Positions 37,860 to 51,325 are shown, numbered from the stretch's first letter. The stretch: DNA of 64,000 nt from Malacoraja senta (GCA_038087875.1 JAXLNO010001347.1:124001-188000); one strand, 5' to 3'. A program made the numbers and translations. Notes: generated from the sequence alone by a model not told the origin.

Positions 37860-38460
37860 TCTTTGTTGTCACTTGTGCACTGCACAGTGAAATTCTTGCT
37901 CCCGTCGCCATAATTTGGCAGTATTTACAAAAGAAAAAGTCCAATGTCCGGTCCGTATGTTGGATTTACTGGAGCGCCCCCGATCCAGGTAAGCTCAGTT
38001 AAACCCCGGGCTATTGCCAGGGGGGCCTCCTCCGTCACCCTCGACCAGCTCGGCCAGCCATCTGACGTCCCTCTCGTCGCCCAACTGGCTCTGTGTCCCG
38101 GGAGGCAACCCCTATCCTGGAGGTAATACCTCAGTCCCTCTCTTGGCGGCCCACTCCTTGCGCCCAGCGGCGGCAGCGGCTCCCTCCTCCACGACTCTCC
38201 GGGTTTCTGGGCCAAGCTCAGCAGCTTCCACCGGGTTGCTCTTGACACCGGTGAACCAAACCTGCCGGCACATATGGCTGCAGGCGACCGGCCGAGTCTA
38301 GCTTTGTTCTCGGCGGCTGCCGGGTCAGTCCTTGATTTCACTGGCCCGCCGGTATGTTCTCGGCGGCCGCCTGTTCGATCCGTGGTCATTTGCTTCTGTC
38401 ACTGTGGTGCATCCCAGAAGCTTATGGCTAGTACACCATCTTCCTTCCAGCAGTCGATAA
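37860..38460. other. GC/CpG-rich block, unclassified (repeat 5' region or CpG-island-like)
   Basis: Sharp rise in GC and CpG content; abuts the poly-A end of the L1-like fragment; no convincing ORF. Confidence 0.35.
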
Positions 38461-38489
38461 CTTTTTTTAAATTTTTTCAATTTTTTTTT

Positions 38490-40040
38490 AAATTATTTTT
38501 TTTTTTAATTTTTATTTATTAGAAGTACATTACATTACAACCACATACATTAGTACTCGTCATTTATATCTTCTTACAATTAATGTACTCCATTTATTTT
38601 TTTACACTAGAAAAGGAAAAGATTAAAAGAAAGAAGAAAGTGAAGGAAAAAGTGAAAGTGTAGAAAATGTGACAACAAAAAAGGACGAAGACCCTATAAG
38701 AGCAAAATTAAAAACAAAAGAAAAAGAGTTAAGGAATAGGCCCTAGAAAAGAAAGAGAAAGAGAAAGAGGAAAAAGAGAGAAACAAATATTTTTATGAGC
38801 ATTACGTAAATGGGACATACCAACTCTTCAACTATCATCCCCCCTTACCTGACCTGAATTTTTTTTAAAGTACTTTTGCACCCTATATTTGTAATAATTC
38901 TATAAATGCAGACCACGTCAGGTGGAAGTGATCTGGTTTACCTGCTAGGAGGAGTCTTATCTCTTCTAGGTGTAATGTTTCAAACATATTTGAAATCCAC
39001 ATATTTATAGTTGGTATTGGAGCCTTCTTCCAACATTTTAGAATTAGCTTTTTTCCAGTTATTAACCCATAGTCCATTAGTTTCTTTTGAAACACATTTC
39101 GTTCTGGACCACCTTCCGTTATTCCGAAGATAATCCATTCTGCTTTGGGTATCAGTCTTGTTTTAAATAACTTTGTAAAGATTTCAAAAATTTAATTCCA
39201 AAATTTTTGAATTTTTGTACAGAAAACGAATGAGTGCGCTATAGTAGCTTCTTGGGATTGACATTTATCACAAATAGATGAAACATTTGGGAAAATTTTA
39301 TGAATTTTAGTTTTCGAATAATATAATCTATGTAAAATTTTAAATTGTATTAAAGTGTGTCTTACATTAATCGAGCATTTATGCACGTTTAATAAGTGTT
39401 CATTCCAACTTTCCTTTGAAATTTTAATAGCTAACTCTTGTTCCCAGTCTCTTCTGATACCCTCCGTAGATGGTATTTGTACATTTAAGATAATATTATA
39501 CAAATATGATATTAAGTTTGCTGATTCAGCTTTTATTTGCATTGCCTCGTCCAATACATCTACTGGGTTATTATAATGATCTTTTGTATATTTTTTCAAA
39601 TAGTCGCATATTTGAAAATATTTAAAATATTGATTATTTCCGAGTTTATATTTTATTTGTAATTGTTGAAATGAAAGTAATTTTCCAGTTTCATACAAGT
39701 CACCAAGCGTTTTAATTCCTAGTCTATCCCAATGTGTAAAAGCTTTATCTATAATAGAAGGACTAAACGAAGGGTTATTAACTATAGGTAATAAAAGTGA
39801 TAAATTTCTTAATTTTAAATTTTGTTTTATTTGTTTCCAAATTCGGATTGTACTATGAATAATTGGGTTCTTATTATAATTTATGTTATTCAATTTCATT
39901 GGAGAAAGGAGAATCGCTCCAATGTTTCTAGAGGAGCAATCCTCTTTCTCCATTACAATCCAGTCCACTTGCTGGGCGGAGTTATCCATCAGTTGAATCA
40001 TATTTTTACAGTCGATAACTACCTCCTTCAAATTCACCTT
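38490..40040 (-). mobile_element. L1/Tx1-clade LINE 3' fragment (ORF2 C-terminus, 3' UTR, poly-A)
   Basis: 281-aa ORF with IQFKILHRLY...CDKC...HSFVFC Cys-rich domain. A T-rich tract at about 38490-38520 is the poly-A tail. Confidence 0.88.
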
Positions 40041-40094
40041 GCTGACATTGAGGGAGAGATTGGAGATTCTGCAATAGAATAGTGAACATATTTA

Positions 40095-40400
40095 GGGGTG
40101 GCACAATGGCGCAGTGGTGGAGCTGCTGCCTTACAGCGCCAGAGACCCGGGTTCGACCCTGACAACGGGTGCTGTCAGTAAGGAGTTTGTACGTTGTCCC
40201 CGTGATCACATGGGATTTCTCCGGGAGCTCTGATTTCCTCCCACACTCCAAAGACATACAGGTTTGTAAGTTATTGTCCTTCGGTAAAAACAATGGTAAA
40301 TTGTCTCACCTGTGTCGGATGGTGCTGGTTTATGGGGATCGCTGGTCGGCACGGACTCAGTAGGACTATTTCAGCGCTGTATCTCTAAAACTAAACAAAA
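40095..40400 (+). mobile_element. HE1-type SINE
   Basis: Family head with GGTTCGACCC B-box, body and tail. Confidence 0.85.
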
Positions 40401-40917
40401 TGAAATTAAATTTAGAATAGAACAATATGGCCCTTTGGCCCACAATGTTTGTGCCAACATGATGCCAACTTAAACTGATCTTATCTGCCTGTACATGACC
40501 CATATCCCTCTATTCCCCGCACTTCCATGTGCCTATCTGAAAGTCTCTTAAATCCTACTATCATATCTGCACTACCACCACCCATACAGTGCGTTCCAGC
40601 CCCCCCCCCCCCCCCCACTGTATAAAGAAACATGCCCTCTACTTCTCCATTAAACCTTCCCCCTTTCACTTTCTAGCTCTGGTCTCTAAAGTTCAGCATT
40701 TCCAAACTGGTGAAATGGTTCTGACTGTCTACGCCTCTCATAATCTGGAGCAACAAACAAACTGCTGGAGCCTAGGGGAACTCAGCGGTCGAGCAGCATC
40801 TGTGGGGAGGGAGGAAATTATTGACATTCCGGGATGAGACCCAGCATCAGTTTTGTTTGTTCCAAATTTGTAATAAAATATCTGTGGACAGCAACCGCCA
40901 GATTACTGTCACTTTGA

Positions 40918-40931
40918 CCACAAGAGGGCAC
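40918..40931 (+). promoter_or_regulatory. CTCF-like motif
   Basis: CCACAAGAGGGCAC, one mismatch to CCACYAGRKGGCRS, in apparently non-repeat sequence. Confidence 0.35.
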
Positions 40932-42229
40932 CAGATGCTACAGGGGAAGTGACAACATTGTTATGCACCTCCAGAACAAAGGAGATATTTTACAAAAAGT
41001 TTTGCTTCCTGTCAGTTACGCATCAATTATCGACATTGTTTAATCCCACTGCAGCATTCACATAATATTTATTAACCACCCTTTTGCAAGCTATAGCTTA
41101 CACTGAAGATAGACACAAAAAGCTGGAGTAACTCACCGGGTCAGATAGCATCTCTGGAGAAAAGGTGACATTTCGGGTTGAGACCCTTCTTCAGACTGGG
41201 GAAAGGGAAACGGGAGATATAGACGATGATGTAGAGAGCTATAGATCAAATCAATAAAAGATATGCACAAAAGTAATGATGATAAAGAAAACAGGCCATT
41301 GTTAGCTGTTTGTTAGGTGAGAAGGGCCTTTGAAGCTGGTACGACTTGGGTGGGGGAGGGATGGAGAGAGAGGGAATGCAGGGATTATGAAGTCAGAGAA
41401 CTCGATATTCATACCACTGGTTGTAATCTGCCCAAGTGAAATATGAGATGCTGTTCCTCTAATTTGCGTTTGGCCTCACTCTGACAGTACACACTGCTGT
41501 GCCAGGACTAAACTGTACTCACCAGTACCATCTCCCAGTACTACACAGTGGCTGATGACCTGTAAAGCACCAACATGCCTTCCTAACTCAGGCCCGTACG
41601 AAGCTTTTCAAAAAGGGGGGTGGCATGACAGGATCACAAAAAGATTGTAATGTGAAATAATGTGCGCGCTGTGCACATCACGAGCATGAAGTGTGAAGTC
41701 CCTCGATGCCAGGGTCCAGGGCCCGCTTAAGGGCCCTGGAAGCTCAGGGGTTTTAGATGCTCTCTGATGCATTCTGAGCCTTATTTTGGAGCATTTTCGC
41801 ATCAAATTCATGACCAATATTTCAGAAATCAACAGGAATCTGAGAGATAGCTTTTTCACACAAAGGGTGGTGGGTGTATGGAACAAGCTGCCAGAGGAGG
41901 TAGTTAAGGCTGGGACTATCCTAATGTTTAAGAGACATTTGGACACGTACATGGATAGGACAGGTTTACATGGATATGGGCCAAACGCATGTGAGTGGGA
42001 CTAGTGTAGATGGGACATGTTGGTTGGTGTGGGCAAGTTGGGCTGAAGGGCCTGTTTCCACACTGTATCATTCTATGACTAAAAAGTTAAGAAGAAAAAT
42101 GCATGTAGATAAGTAGAGCAGATTTGAAAGAGGAGTGAAATGTAAAGGTAGAGATAGGTTTATGGGTGGAAAGGAACATAGGAAAGGAGAGGGGAGAGTG
42201 GGCTTGGGCAGATGGATGAAGGGAAAATA

Positions 42230-42450
42230 GACACAAAGTGCTGGAGTAACTCAGCGGGTCAGGCAGCAACTGTGGAGAACATGGATAGGTGACATGTCAC
42301 AGAGTGCTGGAGTAACTCACTGGGTCAGGCAGCATCCGCGGAGAACATGGATAGGTGACATTTCACAGAGTGCTGGAGTAACTCACTGGGTCAGGCAGCA
42401 TCTCTGGAGAAAAGGTATAGATTATATTTTGGGTCAAGACCCTTCTTCAG
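42230..42450 (-). repeat. 66-bp tandem triplication within a short Penelope-derived repeat
   Basis: AGAGTGCTGGAGTAACTCA at 42301 and 42367, with a similar unit at about 42235. Confidence 0.85.
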
Positions 42451-43744
42451 TAATATTCATGATGTGACATGTTACCCAAACAATCGTGAGCTACTTTGTT
42501 ATGGTGCTTGCCCTCTCCTATAACGTCTCTGCTGCCTGGGTGATGCAGGACAGGAAACAAGCTTTGGGACACGGTGTGAAGCTGTTGCCGTCTGTCCCAG
42601 CCTGGTAAAAACCTGGATGGAGTGGATGTGGAGAGGATGTTTCCACTAGTGGGAGAGTCTAGGACCAGTGGCCACAGCCTCAGAATTAAAATACATTCCT
42701 TTAGGAAGGAGATGAGCAGGAATTTCTTAAGTCAGAGGGTGGTGAACTGTGGAATTCATTGCCACAGACAGCTGTGGAGGCCAAGTCAATGGACATTTTT
42801 CAGGAGGAGATTGATAGAATCTTGATTGATACAGGTGTCAGAGGTAATGGGGAGAAGGCAGGAGAATGGGTTTGGGAGGGAAAGATAGATAGAGTCATAG
42901 AGAGATACAGTGTGGAAACAGGCCCTTCGGCTCAGTATGTCCCATCTACACTAGTCCCTCCTGTCCACATTTGATCCATATCCCTCCGAACCTGTCCTAT
43001 CGATATACCTGTCTAAGTATTTCTTAAATTTTGCGATAGTCCCTGCCTGAACCTCCTCTGGCAGCTTGTTCCATACACCTACCACCCTTTGTGTGAAAAA
43101 TATATCCGTCAGATTCCTATTAAATCTTTTGCCCTTCACCTTGAACTTATGTCCTCTGCTCCTCGATTCACCTACTCTGGGCAAAAGACTCAACCATATC
43201 TATTCAAATCATGATTTTATACACCTCTATTAGATCATCCCTCATCCTCCTGAGCTCCATGAAATAGAGTCCCAGCCTACTCAACCTCTACCTATAGCTC
43301 TGGCCCTCTAGTCCTGAGGCAACATCCTCATAAATCTTCACTGTACCCTTTCCAATTTGATGACATCTTTCCTATTACATGGTGCCCAGAACTGAATACA
43401 ATACTCTGAATGCGGCCTCATCAACTACTTCTACAACTGCAACATGACCTCCCAACTTCTGTACTCAGCCTGGCCCGCTGAGTTACTCCAGCACTCTGTG
43501 AAACGTCACAGAACAGGGCAAGATTAGCAAGTTTGCTGATGATACAGAAGTGAGTGGATTTGCAAATAGTGAAGATGGTTGTGAAAGATTGCAGCAGGAT
43601 CTCGATCAATTAGCCAGGTGGGCAGAGGAATGGTTGATGGTTGCATGGTTCCTTGAAGGTTGAGTCGCTGGTATATCAGGTGGTCAAAAAGTATTTTGGC
43701 ACTTTGTCCTTCATCAGTCAGAGTATTGAGTAAAGAAGCTTAAA

Positions 43745-46700
43745 GATGTTAAGGGAAAAAGAGTAGCAAAGTCAAAAGTGGGTCCCTTGAAGGCAGACAC
43801 GGGTGAAATTATTATGGGCTACAAGGAAATGGCAGAAGAGTTGAATAGGTACTTCGGATCTGTCTTCACTAAGGAAGACACAAACAATCTCCCAGATGTA
43901 CTGGAGGACAGAGGATCTAAGGGGGTAGAGGAACTGAAAGAAATTTTCATTAGGCGAGAAATAGTATTGGGTAGGCTAATGGGACTGAAGGATGATAAAT
44001 CCCCTGGACCTGATGGTCTGCATCCCAGGGTCCTCGGGGATGTGGCTCTAGAAATAGTGGATGCATTGGTGATCATTTTCGAATGTTGAATAGATTCAGG
44101 AACAGTTCCTGTGGATTGGAGGATAGCTAATGTTATCCCACTTTTCAAGAAAGGAGCGAGAGAGAAAACGGGGAATTACAGACCAGTTAGCCTGACTTCG
44201 GTGGTGGGAAAGATGCTGGAGTCAATTATTAAAGAGGTAATAATGGGGCATTAGGATAGCAGTAAAAGGATTAGTCCAAGTCAACATGGATTTATGAAAG
44301 GGAAATCATGCTTGACTAATCTTCTGGAATTTTTTGAGGATGTGACAAGTCAAATGGATGAAGGGGTGCCAGTGGATGTAGTGTACCTGGACTTTCAGAA
44401 AGCATTTGATAAGGTCCCGCACGGGACACTGGTGACAAAAATTAGAGCACATGCTATCGGGGGTAGGGTGTTGACATGGATAGAAAATTGGTTTGCAGAC
44501 CGGAAGCAAAGAGTAGGAGTGAACGGGTCCTTTTCAGAATGGCAGGAAGTGGCGAGTGCAGTGCCGCAAGCTGTGGCGGACTGGGACTAAAAATATTGGT
44601 TGCCAGGAGACAAAGGGGGCCCACCCACAACTACAATGCTATCATTTAATTTTCATAACGAATAAATACAATTTTCAAAAAATACATATGGAGAAAAGGG
44701 TACAATTTAAAATATTTGTGAAAAAAATGGTTCTTAGTAATTACAGTGTACATGTATTGTACATATTACTGGCAGTAGATACCGAATGTAAATACACAAT
44801 GTTATAATTGTGTTTTTTTAAAATTTTAAGTAATCGGTTGATATTTTTAAATAGTTTACTGCACAATTTACACATTAACAGATAGTTCAAAAGCACAATA
44901 GAGCATTGCATGCAATCCACTATATTAAGAGCAATCGTTTGTATTCGCTAGATGATTGTGCGAATCTGCCAATAATTGCTTCTGCATCCAATTCATCTAA
45001 CAATTCCTTTTCAATGGTTAGTAACATGTATGATTCAAAATTCTCCTCAGACAGCGAATTTCTTAACCTTGTCTTTATGATCTTTAGCTTTGAAAATGTC
45101 CTCTCACATTGGACTTGAGTAACTGATAGTGTGCAGATGACTTTATAAAGTTGATAAAGGTTATCATATGCCTTGTCATGAAGTCTGTTGGATGCCAGAA
45201 TTTATAGTACACACGATGGGCAAGTGCTGCAAATTGTACAATTGTTGCAACTGGAATCCATATTCTCACCATCATTAAGCAACTTTAATACATCAAAGTT
45301 TGAAGCAAAAGAAAACAATTCCAATATTACTTGATCTTTGCCGATTTGTGGAAACAGCTTAATAATACCTTCCAATGCTTCATCTTCAAGGCCCTTCTCT
45401 GCAATAGTTTTAAACTTTGCTGGGTCCAAGCAGGACAAATCTTTATACAACTGTTTGTGTTGTATAAAGCGTGATTCTAGTGACTGGACAATGCGATCCA
45501 TTATTGGGTTAAACATATTTACTGGAAAATCAGCTAGAGAATCTGAGGAATTTCTTTCATCATCAATAAGCTCATCTGCCATTCTTTTCTTCTTCCTCTG
45601 CCTCTTAACTGGCAATGCTGTTTCCAACGCATCAATTTCCAATGTTTGATTTTCATCCATATTCATCTGTGAAATCCTGTCATTACATTTATTTACAAAT
45701 TCCAAAGCCTTGCTGTGAACATTATTAAATGTTCTTGTCTGTTCTTTCAACTTTGTTTTAGCTGAATCTACCAAACTCCATGCAGTAAACATATCTAAAC
45801 CACTTGTCTAGATAACTTGATAACGGGGTTGTAGTTTCAAATATATACAAGTAAAGAAATGCTGTCAATATGGTTTCAAACTTTAGAAGACTTTGAAGTA
45901 AAACAGTTGCTTCATGTTTTGTTTTTGCATCAAACTTTTCTGAATCTCGTATCATTGATAATCATGTCAATAGATTTACAAAAGTACTGGCAGCGGCATC
46001 ATCAAAACATCCAAATATAGTTGTTGCTGCATTGGATTTTCCTGACCATCTGGTCTCACCAATTAGCTTTAATCGTTTCATTTTTTCTTGTCCTAGATGT
46101 TTTTCAACAACTTCTATCCATACAGCCATTCTCTTGTATGATGCTTTCACAAAAGTTCGTCTTTCTGGAGCAAATTGAAAAAAGAAACTGCAGGCACACA
46201 ACATTTAGTTGTTTCAGTTATCACCAAATTCAAGACATGGGCATAGCACCATTTCACTTGCACTTTATGTGCAATGTGACGAATAAAACCGTATTGTATT
46301 GTATATGAACATGTTGATCAGCCACATCAGCAATTTTACTTTGTAAACCATTATACTGGCCATAGTAGCTTGCAGCGCCATCTGTGCTATGAGATAAACA
46401 TTTTTGGGGGTCAATTTTAAGATGCTGTAATGTTTCAATCAATAGATCAAAAAGTCCCTGTCCTGTACCATCATTACTTGGCACAACTGAAAGTAGTCGC
46501 TCACAGATAATACCTTTAAGCACATACCCAATAATAATTGTGGACATTTTATACATTTAGCATCAATGAGACTTCTGCTGCTGCATCGTTGATGACAAAT
46601 ATTTTATATCCGGTTTATATTTGTTAACCTTGAGAGATATGCAAGCACTACTAGTTCCATCTGTAAGGCTACTACTGTTACGTTACTTAATGTTCATCAC

Positions 46701-48605
46701 TGAGAACAATGATTCACAAGAATATGTATATGAAAAAATCCTGAATATTGATAATACCTCTCACATAGCTTTAACAATAACTTATGTTTAAGCACATATG
46801 CTGAAGAACAGGCTTCATTAACTTTTCATATAATATTTTCAATGCAGTCACTGATAACCAGATAATTACTACGGATAACTGGAGCCTACCCTGGTGTAAC
46901 AATTATGTTTTTCTAATATCTAAATTTGAACTCTCATGTAGCTGAATTTGGATATTGTTTACCGATAAAAAGTTTTTACGAAACTTGAAAAACTATATAA
47001 AAAGAATGGTAAAGGAGCCACGCCACGTCTGGCCGCCTGGTGAATGATGCAACAAGAAGTTATATGCAACAATGATCTTTTATACATATACAAAAACTCA
47101 AAATTAAAACAATCTCTTCAATAAGAGGGGGGGCAGGCTGAGGCTTTTCAAGTGTGTGTGACAAAAATACGGACAAATCTTTGATACAACATTTTCTCAC
47201 TTGCCAACCGAAATTTTTTGGGAGTATATTATTATTTGGTGTCTTTTAAGTATTGGGAGAACCTTTTCAAAGAATTAAAAATCACACTGGAGCGGTAAAA
47301 TCAGAGAATATTGTAAGTAATTATTATAAGATAAGTCCTGTGAGATTGAATGAATGTAAATTTTTGTGACTAATTTTAACTCAAAAGTAGTTCATCCCTG
47401 TTGATACCGTGGATATTTTTTAAAATTAAACTTTCAGTGTAATCCTAGCTGCCAGATACATCTTATTCATTTTTATTACTAAAACAGTTGTCTGTGTTTG
47501 TTTGTTTATTGCATTTGTATTTGATATAGGGGGGGGGGGCACTTCATCAGGGGCCCACTTGCCATCGGGCAAGCTGACACCCTGGCCAGTCCGCCACTGG
47601 CCGCAAGGCTCGGTGTTGGGGCCACAATTGTTTACCATATATATTAATGATTTGGAAGAGGGAATTAGGAGCAACACTAGCAAGTTTGCGGATGACACAT
47701 AGCTGGGTGGCAGTGTGAACTGCGAAGAGGATGTTAGGAGGTTGCAGGTTGACCTGGACTGGTTGAGTGAGTGGGCAGATGCATGGCAGATGCAGTATAA
47801 TATAGATAAATGTGAGGTTATCCACTTTGGCAGCAAAAACAAGGGGGCAGATTATTATCTCAATGGGGTTAGGTTAGGTAAGGGGGAGGTGCAGCGAGAC
47901 CTGGGCGTCCTTGTACACCGGTCACTGAAAGTTGGCTTACAGGTACAGCAGGCAGTGAAGAAAACTAATGGAATGTTGGCCTTCATAACAAGAGGATTTC
48001 AGTATAGGAGTAGAGAGGTTCTTCTGCAGTTGTATAGGGCTCTGGTGAGACCACATCTGGAGTATTGTGTACAGTTTTGGTCTCCTAATTTGAGGAAGGA
48101 CATCCTTGTGATTGAGGCAGTGCAGCGTAGGTTCAAGAGATTGATCCCTGGGATGGTGGGATTGTCATATGAGGAAAGATTGAAAAGACTAGGCTTGTAT
48201 TCACTAGAGTTTAGAATGATGAGGGGGAATCTTATAGAAACATATAAAATTATAAAAAGACTGGACAAGCAAGATGCAGGAAAAATATTCCCAATGTTGG
48301 GCGGGTCCAGAACCAGGGGCCACAGTCTTAGAATAAAGGGAAGGTCATTTAAGACTGAGGTGAGAAAAAAGTTTTCACCCAGAGAGTTGTGAATTTGTGG
48401 AATTCCCTGCCACAGAGGGCAGTGGAGACCAAGTCACTAGATGGATTTAAGAGAGAGTTAGATAGAGCTCTAGGGGCTAGTGGAGTCAAGGGATATGGGG
48501 AGAAGGCAGGCACGGGTTATTGATAGGGGACATGATCACAATGAATGGTGGTGCTGGCTCGAAGGGCCGAATGGCCTCCTCCTGTACCTATTTTCTATGT
48601 TTCTA
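43745..48605 (+). mobile_element. 5'-truncated CR1/HER1 LINE interrupted by a hAT transposon
   Basis: KSPGPDGLHPRVL, KSCLTNLLEFFE and LDFQKAFDKVPH up to VPQ at 44570; resumes at 47600 with [16 protein letters not shown] and KFADDT through the 3' tail. Confidence 0.93.
44571..47599 (-). mobile_element. hAT-superfamily DNA transposon, defective, 3029 bp
   Basis: 14-bp TIR C(A/T)GTGGCGGACTGG and 8-bp TSD GCCGCAAG (44563-44570 and 47600-47607). Frameshifted transposase remnants: STDGAASYYG, ETRWSGK, LLKFETILTAFL. Confidence 0.95.
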
Positions 48606-48607
48606 TG

Positions 48608-49545
48608 TCTAACATTAGCAAATTTGCAGATGACACAAAGATGGGTGGCAGTGTGAACTGTGAGGAGGATGCTATGAGAATGCAGGGTGACTTGGACAGG
48701 TTGGGGGAGTGGGCAGATGCATGGCAGATGAAGTTTAATGTGGATAAATGTGAGGTTACCCACTTTGGTAGCAAAACAGGAAAGCAGATTACCTTCTAAA
48801 TGGCGTCAAGTTGGGAAAAGGAAGTACAACGGGATCTGGGGGTCCTTGTACATCAGTCTATGAAAGTATGTATGCAGGTACAGCAGGCAGTGAAGAAAGC
48901 AAATGGCATGTTGGCCTTTATAACAAGAGGAATCGAATATAGGAGCAAAGAGGTCCTTCTGCAGTTGTACAGAGCCCTAGTGAGACCACACCTGGAATAT
49001 TGTGTGCAGTTTTGGTCCCTTAATTTGAGGAAGGACATTCTTGCTATTGAGGGAGTGCAGCGTTGGTTTACAAGGTTATTTCCTGGGATGGCGGGACTGT
49101 CATATGCTGAGAGAATGGAGCAGCTGGGCTTGTACACTCTGGGGTTTAGAAGCATGAGAGGGGATCTCATTGAAACATATAAGATTGTTAAGGGCTTGGA
49201 CATGCTAGAGGCAGGAAACATGTTCCCGATGTTGGGGGAGTCCAGAAGCCACAGTTTAAGAATAAGGAGTTAGCCATTTGAACGGAGACGAGGAAACACT
49301 ATTTCTCACAGAGTGGTGAGCCTGTGGAATTCTCTGACTCAGAGGGCGGTGGAGGCAGTTTCTCTGGATGCTTTCAAGAGAGAGCTAGATAGGGCTCTTA
49401 AAAATAGCGGAGTCAAGGGATATGGGGAGAAGGCAGGAACGGGGTACTGATTGGGGATGATCAGCCATGATCACATTGAATGGCGGTGCTGGCTCGAAGG
49501 GCCAAATGGCCTACTCCTGCACCTATTGTCTCTTGTCTATTGGCT
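48608..49545 (+). mobile_element. Second CR1 3' fragment directly after the tail of the first
   Basis: Starts at NISKFADDT and runs to the 3' tail. Its sequence differs from the upstream copy. Confidence 0.9.
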
Positions 49546-49550
49546 ATTGA

Positions 49551-51325
49551 CTTTAGCGTTTTGAAACCAAAGGCAGCTTTAGCGGGGTTTTTTATTTTTG
49601 AATTTCTTTTATTAGAAGCGATTGTACAAGGATAAGGCAATCGACATAACACTTATACAATTATTGCACAGCTTCATTTTTAACGTTAGAACCTAAATCG
49701 AAAAAAAAGAGAGAAAAAAAGAAAAGAATGATGAAAGAGAAGTAAAATAAGAACAAGCTAGAAAATAGACCCCTAAGCTACCAAAGAAGTGCAAGAGAAA
49801 AGAAAAGAAATAAGAAAAAAAAGATGGAAATATACCTTCCCCCCTCACCTATCCCTGGCATCAGGTTTAAATTTGTGTTTAACCATTCTGTTGTTGCAGA
49901 AATTCAGTAAAAGGGAACCATGTCTTAAGAAATTGATCTGCTTTCCCCGCCAAGACAAGCCTAATATTTTCCAAATGTAATGTATCGGACTTATCAGTAA
50001 TCCACATCTTCACTGTAGGGACTGTTATCTGTTTCCAGAATTTGAGTATTAATTTTTTTGCCGTTATTAGGCCATAGTTGAGGAAACGTCTTTGGAATAT
50101 CGTTAATTTAGAGCAGGCATCTGACAAACCTAAAGTGATCCGTTTTATATCTGGTTCCAATTTAATGTTAAGTATTTTGGAGAAGATATCAAATATTCCC
50201 CTCCAGAAGTTTTGTAACTTTATACAGGAGGCAAATGAATGGGTTATAGTCGCTGTTTGGAGGAGACATTTATCACAAATAGGAGAGACATTTGGGAAGA
50301 TCTTGTTTAATTTGGTCTTTGAATAGTAGAGTCTATGCAGTATTTTAAATTGTATCAGGGTGTGCCGAACATTGAGAGAGCAGTAGTGTATGTATAGAAG
50401 GCTTTCCTCTCAGCTATCGTTTGAAATTAATAAACCCAATTTGTCTTCCCATGTTCGCCTATGCCTCTCAGAAGATGGGATGTATGCAGTTAAAAGAGTA
50501 TTGTAAATGTAGGATATTAACTTGCTTGTATCAACATGTCTATTCATGCAGTCATCTAGTAAATCTGGACCCATAGAGTGACAGTCTTGAGTATATGTTT
50601 TCACATAGTCTCGGATTTGAAGATATCTGAAAGAATTACTTGCTTTCAAGTGATATTTCTCCTGTAATTCTTGAAACGAGAGGAAAATCCCCTTCTCGTA
50701 AAGATCTCCCACCGTTTTAATTCCTGAGTTTTTCCATTGTGCAAACGCCTTATCTAAAGTAGACGGTTTAAACAAGGGTTTATTAGCGATTGGTAAAAGG
50801 AGAGAGAAATTTCTCAGTTTGAGGTTTGATTTCAACTGTTTCCAAATGCGTAGGCTACTGTGTATTATCGGATTTTGCTCATACATTGATTTATTCAGAT
50901 GTGTTGGAGAAAGAAGAATTGCCCCTATATTAAAAGGCAAACAATCTTCCCTCTCCATTTTTAACCAGTTTACCTGTTGGCATGTGTCATCCATCCAGTA
51001 GATTAAGTTTTTGATATTAGTCGCCCAGTAATAGAAAAGGGTTTAGCGTTTCGAAACCAAAGGCAACTTTAGCGTTTTCAAACCTTAGGCAACGATAGCG
51101 TTTTGAAACGTTGCCCATTTTCTTCGCTCCATAGATGCTGCTGCACCCGCTGAGTTTCTCCAGCACTTTTGTCTACATAGCGTTTTCAAACCTTAGGCAA
51201 CTTTAGCGTTTGCAAACCATAGGCAGCATTAGCGTTTTCAAACGAGACAGCTTTAGCGTTTTCAAACCAAAGACAGCTTTAGCTGTTTTCAAACCAAAGG
51301 CAGCTTTAGCGTTTTCATACCAAAG
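49551..51325. repeat. 26-bp tandem repeat array split by an L1-like fragment and a short repeat
   Basis: Unit TTTAGCGTTTTCAAACCAAAGGCAGC: about 1.3 copies at 49551-49584 and about 9 degenerate copies at 51041-51325. Confidence 0.85.
49585..51040 (-). mobile_element. L1/Tx1-clade LINE 3' fragment
   Basis: NPIIHSSLRIWKQLK...YLQIRDYV, similar to 38490-40040. T-rich tail at about 49588. Confidence 0.88.

Noticed and set aside
37712-38002. 96-aa ORF with a hydrophobic segment as the SUN transmembrane exon
   Set aside because: It runs into the GC-rich block, and I found no convincing splice sites or SUN-like sequence.
41519-41560. Short minus-strand AG...GTGAGT exon-like segment
   Set aside because: No coding link to the class I gene; at most a non-coding exon and unsupported.
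42549-42604. Candidate upstream SUN exon (AG...CTG|GTAAAA, 56 bp)
   Set aside because: Phase is compatible, but the acceptor is weak and there is no recognisable SUN similarity; needs RNA evidence.
51041-51325. CRISPR-like repeat (GTTT...AAAC dyad)
   Set aside because: Units are contiguous with no unique spacers, there are no cas genes, and the context is vertebrate; it is a minisatellite.
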